From Alphaproteobacteria bacterium (GTDB taxonomy: Bacteria; Pseudomonadota; Alphaproteobacteria; SHVV01), in contig OZ253470.1 of NCBI GenBank assembly GCA_965261735.1, positions 1,984,001 through 2,048,000 of the forward strand: a DNA stretch of 64,000 nucleotides, in the 5' to 3' direction. The notes under the pieces were generated by a model. That model did not search any database. It was not told the DNA's origin and saw only the letters and a list, made by a program, of their open reading frames with translations. Below, piece by piece: positions 21,408-30,104 of this stretch; position 1 is the stretch's first letter; every line of letters begins with the position of its first letter. A program made the position numbers and the translations under genes.

Positions 21408-21746
21408 ATGGGTGCAACGAAGCCGCCGCCGCCTCTCGAGGATCTCGACGCCCGCCTGAAGAAAGCCCGCGAGACCCAGCAGCCGCCACAGCGCGCGCCG
21501 CTGATGACGAGCGGGATGGCCCAGGCGCTCAGAGTCGCGCTGGAGATGGCGTCGGCGCTTTTCGTTGGCGGTGCGATCGGTTGGTTCCTCGACCGCTGGC
21601 TCGGTACGCGGCCGTGGCTGCTCTTGGTGTTCCTGTTGCTCGGCGTCGCCGCCGGTATCCTTAATGCCTACCGCGCGGCGACGCGGATAAGCGCCGAGGC
21701 GAACAGGTCGGAATCGCCGGACGAGCGTTCCGGCCAGGGGCGGTAG
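21408..21746 (+). CDS. atpI: AtpZ/AtpI-family ATP synthase accessory protein
   Basis: IGWFLDRWLGTRPW motif; first gene of the F0 operon. Confidence 0.85.
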   Translation: MGATKPPPPLEDLDARLKKARETQQPPQRAPLMTSGMAQALRVALEMASALFVGGAIGWFLDRWLGTRPWLLLVFLLLGVAAGILNAYRAATRISAEANRSESPDERSGQGR

Positions 21747-21747
21747 C

Positions 21748-22482
21748 GTGGCGGAATCTCATAGTCCTCTCGAACAATTCACCATCGAGCGCTGGGTGCC
21801 GATGAAGATCGGCGGCGTCGACGTTTCGCTCACCAACTCGGGCGCCTGGATGGTCATTGCGGTAGCGTTGATCACGCTCTTCCTGACCGCGAGCATGCGC
21901 GGGCGGCACATGGTGCCGAACCGATGGCAGTCCGTCACCGAACTCTCCTACGAGTTCATCGCCAACCTCTTGCGCGACAACGTGGGCAGCGAGGGGCGCC
22001 GCTATTTCCCGTTCATCTTCTCGCTGTTCATGTTCATCCTGTTCGCCAATACCCTCGGCCTCGTCCCCTATAGCTTCACGCCGACGAGCCACATTGTCGT
22101 GACTTTCTCCATGGCGATCTTCGTGTTCGTCGGGGTCACCCTGATCGGCATCGCGCGCCACGGGTTTCGGTTCCTCACCCTGTTCCTGCCGCAGGGCATT
22201 CCGGTCGCGCTGGCGCCGCTCCTGGTGGTGATCGAGCTCATCTCGTATCTAGCGCGCCCGGTGACCCTGTCACTGCGGCTGTTCGCCAACATGATGGCCG
22301 GTCACACGCTGCTCAAGGTGTTCGGCGGATTCGTCGTCGCCCTCGGGTTCGCCGGCATCGCCCCGCTCGTCTTTACGGTGGCGCTCTATGGACTCGAGGT
22401 CATCGTCGTCTTCCTGCAGGCCTACGTGTTCACGGTGCTGACCTGCCTCTACCTCAACGACGCTCTCCACTTGCACCACTGA
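21748..22482 (+). CDS. atpB: F0 ATP synthase subunit a
   Basis: SPLEQF, PNRWQS, LSLRLFANMMAGH, LQAYVF. Confidence 0.97.
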   Translation: MAESHSPLEQFTIERWVPMKIGGVDVSLTNSGAWMVIAVALITLFLTASMRGRHMVPNRWQSVTELSYEFIANLLRDNVGSEGRRYFPFIFSLFMFILFANTLGLVPYSFTPTSHIVVTFSMAIFVFVGVTLIGIARHGFRFLTLFLPQGIPVALAPLLVVIELISYLARPVTLSLRLFANMMAGHTLLKVFGGFVVALGFAGIAPLVFTVALYGLEVIVVFLQAYVFTVLTCLYLNDALHLHH

Positions 22483-22535
22483 GTACGCCCCGCTTCGCTC
22501 TACCCTGTCGCTACAACCACGAGAGGACCCTGATC

Positions 22536-22760
22536 ATGGATGTTGAAGCAGCGAGAATGATTGGCGCCGGGCTGGCAACGATCGGCTTGGCCGGCGTTGG
22601 CATCGGCATCGGCATTATCTTCGGCGACTACGTTTCGGCCGGCATTCGAAATCCGGCCGCCGCGCCGGGCATGTTCGGCAACGTGCTGCTGGGCTTTGCC
22701 CTGACCGAGGCGGTTGCGCTCTACGCGCTCGTCATCGCCTTCCTCATCCTGTTCGGATAG
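22536..22760 (+). CDS. atpE: F0 ATP synthase subunit c
   Basis: GxGxGxG, RNP loop, FALTEA. Confidence 0.97.
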   Translation: MDVEAARMIGAGLATIGLAGVGIGIGIIFGDYVSAGIRNPAAAPGMFGNVLLGFALTEAVALYALVIAFLILFG

Positions 22761-22806
22761 GCCAAAGGGCTTCGGAGAAGCTAACAGGCCGCTCGCGGAG
22801 GGCCGC

Positions 22807-23295
22807 ATGCCGCAGCTCATCGTTCCCGACTTCGCGCCGCAGATCGTGTGGCTGGTGATCACCTTCGCCGCGCTCTACCTGATCATGGCGCGGGTCGCGC
22901 TGCCGCGAATCGCCGAGGTGCTCGAGGAGCGCCAAGACCGCATCACCGATGACCTCGAGCGGGCCGAATCGCTGAAGGAGGAGGCCGAGCGCGCGGTCGC
23001 CGAGTACGAGGCGGCGCTGGACAAGGCGCGCGCCGAGGCGCAGGCCATCGCCCAGGCCGCGCGCGATACGCTGGTGGCCGAGATGGACAAGCGACGATCC
23101 GAGGTCGAGGGCGACTTGGCGGCCCGGGCCGGCGAAGCCGAGGCGCGAATCGGCACGGCGCGGCGCGGCGCCTTGTCGGCGATCGCCGAAGTCGCGGCCG
23201 ACGGGGCTATCGCGGCCACCGTGCGCTTGATCGGCGTCGAGCGTGACCGCGAGGCAGCGGCGGCCGCGGTTGCCGCGGAGACCAGCGTTGGCTGA
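22807..23295 (+). CDS. F0 ATP synthase subunit b'
   Basis: MPQL...QIVWLVITF..LY..ALPRI, followed by a coiled coil. Confidence 0.92.
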   Translation: MPQLIVPDFAPQIVWLVITFAALYLIMARVALPRIAEVLEERQDRITDDLERAESLKEEAERAVAEYEAALDKARAEAQAIAQAARDTLVAEMDKRRSEVEGDLAARAGEAEARIGTARRGALSAIAEVAADGAIAATVRLIGVERDREAAAAAVAAETSVG

Positions 23296-23779
23296 GTTGT
23301 TCGCCGACGCGGAATTCTGGGTCGCGGTCGCCTTCGTCATCTTCTTCGCGGCCGTCGGCCGGCTCGCGTTCACCCGCATCACCGCGGCGCTCGACGGTCG
23401 CAGTGCCCGTATCAAGAACGAGCTCGACGAGGCAATGCGCCTGCGCGAAGAGGCCCAGGCCCTGCTCGCGAGCTACCAGCGCAAGCAACGCGACGCGGCT
23501 CGCCAAGCCGAGGAGATCATCGAGCACGCGCGCGAGGAGACGAAGAGAGCTGCGGAACAGGCGGCGCAGGACTTCGATGCCGAGATCGCGCGGCGCGCGC
23601 AGCAGTCGCTTGACCGCATCGCACTGGCCGAGGCGCGGGCGCTACAGGACGTGCGCGATGCCGCCGCCACCCTGGCCATCGCGGCGACACGGCGGCTCAT
23701 CGTCGAGTCCCTCGACGAGAAGCGGGCCGACGCGCTGGTCGACGATGCGCTGGCCGAGGTCGCCGACAAGCTGCACTAA
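23288..23779 (+). CDS. atpF: F0 ATP synthase subunit b
   Basis: AEFWVAVAFVIF, LD.RSARI..ELDEA..LREEAQ; ends KLH; TTG start overlaps the b' stop. Confidence 0.92.
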   Translation: MAELFADAEFWVAVAFVIFFAAVGRLAFTRITAALDGRSARIKNELDEAMRLREEAQALLASYQRKQRDAARQAEEIIEHAREETKRAAEQAAQDFDAEIARRAQQSLDRIALAEARALQDVRDAAATLAIAATRRLIVESLDEKRADALVDDALAEVADKLH

Positions 23780-25152
23780 CAGGCTGCTGAAAAAGTCATC
23801 ATTGCCGGGCCTTGAACTCGGATTCATCGCCGAAATGAAATGAGATTTCGTGTCTTAGGGTGAAACCGTCTTCAATCTCGACCGATCCGATGCCCTGGGC
23901 TTCGTCCAGTTCGATGATCTGCCACTTTGCGGTCAGCGGCGTGCCGGCATCGCCCGTCATGTTGGCGCCTCCGCCAGCAGTCTGGGTAGTCGGACGAGGT
24001 TATAGGCGGCCAAGGCCAGGGTGAACGAAGCGTCGACCCGGTGGCGGCCCCGGAATTTGGTCTTGCTCAATCCCGCGCTCGTCTTGACCCAGCCGAAGAC
24101 CTCCTCGATGCGCTTGCGGCAACGTTGGCTGACGCCGTAACCGGGATGGCGCGTCGTGCGCCCGTCTATCTTGGTCTTGCGCCGCTTGCCGGTCTTGGTG
24201 ACGTGGTCCTGGACGGCGATATGGGGGGTCACCTTGCGGTGCCGCAGTTCCTCGACAAAATCCGCGACGTCAAAACCCTTGTCCCCGCCCACCGTGATCC
24301 GACGCCGCCCGCCTCTACTCTCCACCGGGCGATGCCTGTCGATCAGATCAAGGGCGGCTTCGCGTTCCGCCGTGCCCGACGCAATGGTCACGCCGCCGCC
24401 GACTGCCAGACCATGGCGGTTCTCCGTCAGCGCATGGCCCATGTAACACAGCTTGCTTTCCCGGCCATTACCCTTGCGATAAAGCCGGGCGTCCGGATCA
24501 GTGGTGCTTGCATGGGTCGCGTTCGAGCGTTTCTCGCCATGAAAATCCCGCGCGGCGTTGCGCCCCGATCCCCCGTCGCCATCGTCCTCACCTTTGGGAC
24601 GAAAGCTCTTCATCGACGCCCAGGCCTCGATCAATGTTCCGTCTACCGAAAAATGATCCCGGCTCAATAGTCCCCCTACCTTGTGGTGCTGGATAACCCC
24701 CGCAAGCAGCTGCCCCGAAACCTCCGCCTCCAGAAGACGGTCCCGGTTGTGGCAGAACGCGCTGGCGTCCCACACGCCATCGTCCAGCCCAAGCCCCACA
24801 AACCAGCAAAACAGCATGTTGAAGTTTAGCTGCTCCATCAGCTGACGCTCCGAGCGGATCGAATAAAACGCCTGCAACAGTAACGCTCGAAGAAGCTTCT
24901 CCGGCGGGATCGATGGGCGACCCATGTGGGAATAAAGCGTCTCGAACTCCGAAGATAGAGACCCCAATACGTCGTTCACGATCTCACGGATCAGACGCAG
25001 CGGATGATCATCCGGAACACGCTCTTCCAAGTCTACGTAGCTGAATAAATTGCCACTGCTTTGATCTCGACCCCGCATGCCATCCTCCATCACTCGAAGA
25101 AATCACAGAATCATGTCACAACTGCAAAGGCGAGGACTTTTTCAGCAGCCTG
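23780..25152 (-). mobile_element. IS5-family element, complete, with CTAA target duplication
   Basis: 18-bp perfect terminal IRs CAGGCTGCTGAAAAAGTC / GACTTTTTCAGCAGCCTG; CTAA at 23776-23779 and 25153-25156. Confidence 0.96.
23957..25078 (-). CDS. IS5-family DDE transposase
   Basis: MRG..LFSYVDLEERVPDDHPLR, GRPSIPPE, FSVDGTLIEAWAS, GDKGFD, RKRIEEVFGW. Confidence 0.95.
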   Translation of the reverse strand: MRGRDQSSGNLFSYVDLEERVPDDHPLRLIREIVNDVLGSLSSEFETLYSHMGRPSIPPEKLLRALLLQAFYSIRSERQLMEQLNFNMLFCWFVGLGLDDGVWDASAFCHNRDRLLEAEVSGQLLAGVIQHHKVGGLLSRDHFSVDGTLIEAWASMKSFRPKGEDDGDGGSGRNAARDFHGEKRSNATHASTTDPDARLYRKGNGRESKLCYMGHALTENRHGLAVGGGVTIASGTAEREAALDLIDRHRPVESRGGRRRITVGGDKGFDVADFVEELRHRKVTPHIAVQDHVTKTGKRRKTKIDGRTTRHPGYGVSQRCRKRIEEVFGWVKTSAGLSKTKFRGRHRVDASFTLALAAYNLVRLPRLLAEAPT

Positions 25153-25176
25153 CTAAACCGCATTCTCGGATCGTTG

Positions 25177-25205
25177 GTAGGGGCGGGTTTGAAACCCGCC
25201 CCTAC
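25177..25205. repeat. GTAG-type REP-like palindrome
   Basis: GTAGGGGCGGGTTT-G-AAACCCGCCCCTAC is a perfect 14-bp inverted repeat between convergent transcription units. Confidence 0.75.
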
Positions 25206-25235
25206 GCGTTGTGTGCGGGTCGACGCCGCGGGCGC

Positions 25236-26264
25236 CTATAGCATGTAGCGCCGCTCGTCTGCGCTGGCCTGCGCGATGTGGTCGAAGCCGGGCTCACGCT
25301 CGGCATAGAACTCGACCCGCATGCCGTCGGGATCCTCGAGGAAGATGCTGCGCTTGGCCGCGTTGTCGACCTCGCGGTCGATGCCGTGGCCCAGCGCCGC
25401 GAGCCGCTCGGCCGCGGCGGCGAAGTCGGACTCGTCGGCGAGCTCGAGCGAGTTGTGGTGCATGTGCGACTCTTCACCGGACTTGGCCTGAATGAGCGCG
25501 GTATCGTACGCCGAGTTCTTGCCGTGCAGGCACATCCAGCTGCGGTCCGCAGCCTCGGCCGCGACGCCGAGCCCGAGCACGTTGGTGTAGAAGTCGATCA
25601 TCCGCTCCATCTGCTGCACGACCAGGACGATGCGGCTGATGCGGCGGGGCCGGAACGGTGCCCCCGGCACCACCGCCACCGGCGGCGTCGGATCCCAGAA
25701 TGTCTCTTTCGTCGGCTCCTTGGAGAGCGGCTCCCAGCCGCCGCTGATCAAGCCGGTGATGTCACCGCCGAGGATCGAGCGCCAGTCGGTGGTCATGTCG
25801 GCGTACATCTCGTGGAGGAACCCTTCCGGGTCGAAGATGTAGATGCTGTGGGTTGTCTGATGGTCAGTGAGACGGTGTAGCGGGAGGTCGGCCGCGCTCG
25901 CCCGCTTGTACGCTTCAACCAGCTCGTACTCGTTCTCCATCTCCCAGCCGAAATGGTTGAGGCCGGCCTTGAGCCCGCGGCCCTTGTGGAGCTGCACATG
26001 GCCGTCGCGGCCGCGCCTCTCCTGGCCGTCCGGGGAGACCCGCACCAGGCCGTAGTCGTGGTGGGTGTTGCCGTTGCTGATAAAGATCGCCGGAATCGCC
26101 ATCTCGCAGCCAATCTCCTCGACGCCGCACACGTTGGTGTAGAACTCGGCCGAGCGGAACACGTCGGTGACGAAGACGTTGGCGTGACCGATGCGCCGTG
26201 GCGAGAATTTGATCGCGGCAAAGGACTCGGCCTTGGGCATGTGGTCCAGATAATTCACGCTCAT
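25236..26264 (-). CDS. VOC-family protein, extradiol ring-cleavage dioxygenase-like
   Basis: RIGHANVFV, GNTHHDYGL, GLNHFGWE, DHQTTHSIYIFDPEGFLHEMY; second VOC domain SIFLEDPDGMRVEFY. Confidence 0.85.
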   Translation of the reverse strand: MSVNYLDHMPKAESFAAIKFSPRRIGHANVFVTDVFRSAEFYTNVCGVEEIGCEMAIPAIFISNGNTHHDYGLVRVSPDGQERRGRDGHVQLHKGRGLKAGLNHFGWEMENEYELVEAYKRASAADLPLHRLTDHQTTHSIYIFDPEGFLHEMYADMTTDWRSILGGDITGLISGGWEPLSKEPTKETFWDPTPPVAVVPGAPFRPRRISRIVLVVQQMERMIDFYTNVLGLGVAAEAADRSWMCLHGKNSAYDTALIQAKSGEESHMHHNSLELADESDFAAAAERLAALGHGIDREVDNAAKRSIFLEDPDGMRVEFYAEREPGFDHIAQASADERRYML

Positions 26265-26389
26265 CGTCCATCCTCCAGAATTTCGGGGTCACGCCGTGGT
26301 CGGCGGCAGGCGCTCGCGCCGCGCCTCTTGATGCCGCCATTATGGGGCGCCGGTCGGCGTTGTCCAGCCGCGCCTGCACCGACCAGCGC

Positions 26390-26422
26390 AAAAAAAGACG
26401 GCGGCTCCAAGGAACCGCCGTC
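26390..26422 (-). terminator. Rho-independent terminator
   Basis: Minus strand GACGGCGGTTCC-TT-GGAGCCGCCGTC followed by T7. Confidence 0.85.
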
Positions 26423-26575
26423 TGGGTCCGTAGAGGGGGGATCTACGAGACCGGCGCTGCCCGCAACGGCCGGGGAGACCGCAATGAAACAGCGCGAGCG
26501 TGCTGCCTCAGGTTGGGGTCGGTGCGGGCCGCCGTTGACCGGCCGCTCTCCCCACCTCACCCGAAGCCTTACATC
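26390..26575 (-). ncRNA. Candidate sigma54-dependent small RNA or attenuator leader, about 185 nt
   Basis: Bounded by a -24/-12 promoter and an intrinsic terminator; hairpins with C-rich loops; no convincing ORF. Confidence 0.6.
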
Positions 26576-26586
26576 GGTGTATTTAA

Positions 26587-26601
26587 GCAATTACCACGCC
26601 A
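26587..26601 (-). promoter_or_regulatory. Sigma54 (-24/-12) promoter
   Basis: TGGCGTGGTAATTGC(T) with exact GG-N10-GC spacing; AT-rich IHF-like site TTTCAATGGTTTA at about 26620-26632; palindrome GTGTA-N9-TACAC at 26767-26785. Confidence 0.7.
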
Positions 26602-26856
26602 ACCTTTATTTCTCCTTTATTTCAATGGTTTAGGTCCGCCGCGCCGGGGCGGCGTCGCACCGAGTGTAAATATTTCTGACGCTCGGGCGCGAGCCCCATG
26701 GCGGCGATCGACGCCTAAGTCCCTTTCACGAAGCGTTTTTTCCGTAGCGCGGCCATAATCGGTCGGGTGTAGGCGAGCTTTACACAATGGGGCGACCGCA
26801 CGCGCCTCAATGGCCTCGGGCGGGCGGAGAACGGGGTGGGCCCGCGCTCCGGGCGG

Positions 26857-28359
26857 CTACTCGGCGGCCGCGCTCGGCGCCGGCGGGTGCCAGCGCAGGA
26901 CCGGACGGCGCGCGGCGCGGGCCTCGTCGAGCCGACGCCGCGGCGCGAAGCGCGGCGCTTCAGTAAATCTTTCGGTATCGCCCTCGGCGGCACTCTTGGC
27001 GAGGGCCCGCAGCGTCGCGATGAAGTGGTCGAGACTCTCCTTCGACTCGCTCTCCGTCGGCTCCGTGAGCAGCGCGCCGTGGACGACGAGCGGAAAATAG
27101 ATGGTCATCGGATGGTAGCCCTCGTCGATCATCGCCTTCGCGAAGTCGAGCGTCGTGACCCCGCTTCCCGTGAGGAAGCGATCGTCGAACAGCGCCTCGT
27201 GCATGCAAGGCCCGGAATAAGCCGGCGTCATGACATCGCCGAGCCGCACCATCACGTAGTTGGCCGCGAGCACCGCGTCCTCCGCAACCTGCCTGAGCCC
27301 GTCCGCACCGTGGCTCATCATGTAGGCGAGCGCGCGCACGAACATGCCCATCTGGCCGTGGAAGCCCTTCATGCGGCCGAACGATTCACCCTCGGCGTGC
27401 TCGACCAGGGTCAATCCGTGCGCATCGCGCGCCACCCACGGTACTGGGGCGTAGGGCGCCAGCGCCGCCGAGAACGCCACCGGGCCGCTACCGGGCCCGC
27501 CGCCGCCATGCGGCGTCGAGAAGGTCTTGTGGAGATTGAGGTGCATGGCGTCGACGCCGAGATCGCCGGGCCGCACGCGACCGACGAGCGCGTTGAAGTT
27601 GGCGCCGTCGCAGTAGAGGAAAGCGCCGGCCGCGTGCGTCGCCTCGGCGACCTCGAGGATCTCGTTCTCGAACAGTCCGCACGTGTTGGGGTTGGTCAGC
27701 ATGATCGCGGCGACGTCGGGGCCGAGCTTGGCCCTGACGGCCCCAAGATCGATGCGTCCCCGTTTGTCGCTTGGCACCGAATCGACGGTGTAGCCGCAGT
27801 GCGCCGCCGTGGCCGGGTTCGTGCCATGCGCCGAATCGGGCGCGAGCACGCGCGAGCGCGCATCGCCGCGGTCCTCGAGGGCGGCTCGGATCGCCATCAT
27901 GCCGCACAGCTCGCCGTGGGCGCCGGCGGCCGGGGCCATCGCCACCGCGGGCATACCCGTCAGCGTCTTGAGCCAGCCGCCGAGCGCGTCGATGAGGCCG
28001 AGCGCGCCCTGCACGGTCGAGACCGGCTGCAGCGGGTGTATGTCGGCGAAACCGGGGAGCCGGGCGAGCGCCTCGCCGAGCCGCGGATTGTGCTTCATCG
28101 TGCACGAGCCGAGCGGGTACAGGCCGGCGTCGATGGCGTAGTTCATCCGGCTCAGGCGCACGAAATGACGAACGACCTGGGGCTCGGCGAGCCCCGGCAA
28201 CTCGACCGGCCGGTGGCGGCCGAGCCCACCGAGACGCTCGGCAAACGGCATCGGCTCCGGGACATCGACGCCGCTGCGGCCCGGCTTGTGCTGCTCGAAG
28301 AGCAGGGGCTCCTCGAGATCGAGGCCGCGGTTGCCGGAAAAGGTTGCGGGCGCCGCCAT
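26857..28359 (-). CDS. gcvPB: Glycine dehydrogenase subunit 2
   Basis: YPLGSCTMKHNPR, PAAGAHGE, SAHGTNPA, HLNLHKTFSTPHGGGGPG, EPTESESKE. Confidence 0.97.
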   Translation of the reverse strand: MAAPATFSGNRGLDLEEPLLFEQHKPGRSGVDVPEPMPFAERLGGLGRHRPVELPGLAEPQVVRHFVRLSRMNYAIDAGLYPLGSCTMKHNPRLGEALARLPGFADIHPLQPVSTVQGALGLIDALGGWLKTLTGMPAVAMAPAAGAHGELCGMMAIRAALEDRGDARSRVLAPDSAHGTNPATAAHCGYTVDSVPSDKRGRIDLGAVRAKLGPDVAAIMLTNPNTCGLFENEILEVAEATHAAGAFLYCDGANFNALVGRVRPGDLGVDAMHLNLHKTFSTPHGGGGPGSGPVAFSAALAPYAPVPWVARDAHGLTLVEHAEGESFGRMKGFHGQMGMFVRALAYMMSHGADGLRQVAEDAVLAANYVMVRLGDVMTPAYSGPCMHEALFDDRFLTGSGVTTLDFAKAMIDEGYHPMTIYFPLVVHGALLTEPTESESKESLDHFIATLRALAKSAAEGDTERFTEAPRFAPRRRLDEARAARRPVLRWHPPAPSAAAE

Positions 28360-29702
28360 CACAGGACCTCGCGCAGGCCGGCGGCGAGGGTGTCGATGTC
28401 GGCCGCCGTCGTCATTTCGGTTGCCGCGACCAGCAGCAGATCGGCGAGCTCGGGCAGGTCCGGGTAGAGCCTGGAGACCGGCACGCCGGCAAGAATACCG
28501 CGCGCCGCCAGGGCCTCGACCGCGGGCGCGGCAGGGCCCGCGAGACGCACCGTCAGCTCGTTGAAGAAGCTCTCGTTGAGGACCTCGACGCCGGGCACCC
28601 CGGCGAGCGCATCGGCGAGTGCAACCGCGGCGGCGTGGTTGGCGCGGGCGAGTCGCTCGAGCCCTTCGCCGCCCAGCAGCGCCATGTGAATACAGAAGGC
28701 CAACGCGCACAGGCCCGAGTTGGTGCAGATGTTGCTCGTCGCCTTTTCGCGGCGGATGTGCTGCTCGCGCGTGGCCAACGTCAGCACGTAGCCGCGCCGC
28801 CCGTCGGCGTCCACGGTCTCGCCGCACAGGCGTCCCGGCATCTGGCGGGCGTAGGCCACGCGGGTGGCGAACAGGCCGAGATGGGGGCCACCGAAATTGA
28901 GCGAATTGCCGATCGGCTGGCCCTCCCCGGCGACGATGTCGGCACCCATCTCGCCCGGCGGCACGACGGCGCCGAGGGCGACCGGCTCGGTCACGACGAC
29001 GATCAACAGCGCGCCCGCGCCGTGGCACGCCGCGGCGAGCGGACGCAGATCGCACAGGCGGCCGAACATGTCGGGGTACTGAACGACCACGCACGAGATC
29101 GCGTCGTCGATGCGGGCGCCGAAGTCCTCGACGCCGCGCCAGTCGGGAGGCTCGAGCTCCACCGCGAGGTTCATGAAGGTGGCCGCCGTGCGCGTCACCT
29201 CGCGGTAGTGCGCGTGCAGTCCACCGGACAGGATCGCGGAGCGCCGCTTGTTGAGGCGGTGCGCCATCAACACGGCCTCGGCGCAGGCCGTGGCGCCGTC
29301 GTACATCGAGGCGTTGGCCACCTCCATGCCGGTGATGACGGCGACCTGGGTTTGAAACTCGAACAGATACTGCAGCGTCCCTTGGCTGATCTCGGGCTGG
29401 TAGGGCGTATAGGAAGTGAGGAACTCGCTGCGTTGAATGAGATGGTCGACCGCGGCCGGCACGTGGTGGCGATAGGCGCCGGCGCCGAGGAAAAAGGGTG
29501 CCGAGCCGGCCGTGATGCTGTCCGCCGCGTACGCGGCGATGGAGCGGCCGACGTTCATCTCATCGGCGTGGAGCGGGAGGTCGAGCAGCCCGTCGAGGCG
29601 AGCACCTTCGGGCACGTCGCAAAACAGCTCGTCGATCGATGCCGCACCGACGGCGGCCAGCATGTCTTGGCGGTCGGCATCGGTCAGCGGCAGGTAGCGC
29701 AT
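28359..29702 (-). CDS. gcvPA: Glycine dehydrogenase subunit 1
   Basis: [46 protein letters not shown]. Confidence 0.97.
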   Translation of the reverse strand: MRYLPLTDADRQDMLAAVGAASIDELFCDVPEGARLDGLLDLPLHADEMNVGRSIAAYAADSITAGSAPFFLGAGAYRHHVPAAVDHLIQRSEFLTSYTPYQPEISQGTLQYLFEFQTQVAVITGMEVANASMYDGATACAEAVLMAHRLNKRRSAILSGGLHAHYREVTRTAATFMNLAVELEPPDWRGVEDFGARIDDAISCVVVQYPDMFGRLCDLRPLAAACHGAGALLIVVVTEPVALGAVVPPGEMGADIVAGEGQPIGNSLNFGGPHLGLFATRVAYARQMPGRLCGETVDADGRRGYVLTLATREQHIRREKATSNICTNSGLCALAFCIHMALLGGEGLERLARANHAAAVALADALAGVPGVEVLNESFFNELTVRLAGPAAPAVEALAARGILAGVPVSRLYPDLPELADLLLVAATEMTTAADIDTLAAGLREVL

Positions 29703-30079
29703 CACTCGAGCTCCTCGATGAAGGCCGTGTACGCGGCTTCGTTCATCAGTTCGTCGAGCTGGCCCGCCTCCGAAATCTTGAGCTTGAAGAACCATCCCTG
29801 GTCGGTGGGCGATGCATTCACCAGCTCCGGGCGCTCGTTGAGAGCCTCGTTGGTCGCCACCACCTCGCCGCTCACCGGCGCGTAGACCTCGCTCGCGGCC
29901 TTGACCGATTCCACCACGGCCGCCTCGTCGCCCATTGCCATCACCGCGCCCTGAGGCGGGAGCTCGACATACACGATGTCGCCGAGTTGGCCCTGCGCGT
30001 AGTCGCTGATGCCGACCGTGCCGACGTCGCCTTCCACGTTGATCCACTCGTGCTCCTTGGTGAACCAGACCTCGCTCAT
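29702..30079 (-). CDS. gcvH: Glycine cleavage system H protein
   Basis: [29 protein letters not shown] lipoyl-Lys motif. Confidence 0.97.
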   Translation of the reverse strand: MSEVWFTKEHEWINVEGDVGTVGISDYAQGQLGDIVYVELPPQGAVMAMGDEAAVVESVKAASEVYAPVSGEVVATNEALNERPELVNASPTDQGWFFKLKISEAGQLDELMNEAAYTAFIEELE

Positions 30080-30104
30080 GTACTCCTCCTCACTCGGTTC
30101 CGAT

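Noticed and set aside
26261-26590. 109-aa ORF upstream of the VOC gene
   Set aside because: It starts inside the sigma54 promoter, crosses a strong terminator and is low-complexity; an RNA reading fits better
26836-29885. Long antisense ORFs opposite gcvP, and similar ones opposite smc, the acyltransferase (42305-44026) and the transposases
   Set aside because: These are shadow ORFs caused by high GC3 codon bias; Arg/Ala/Gly-rich with no recognisable motifs
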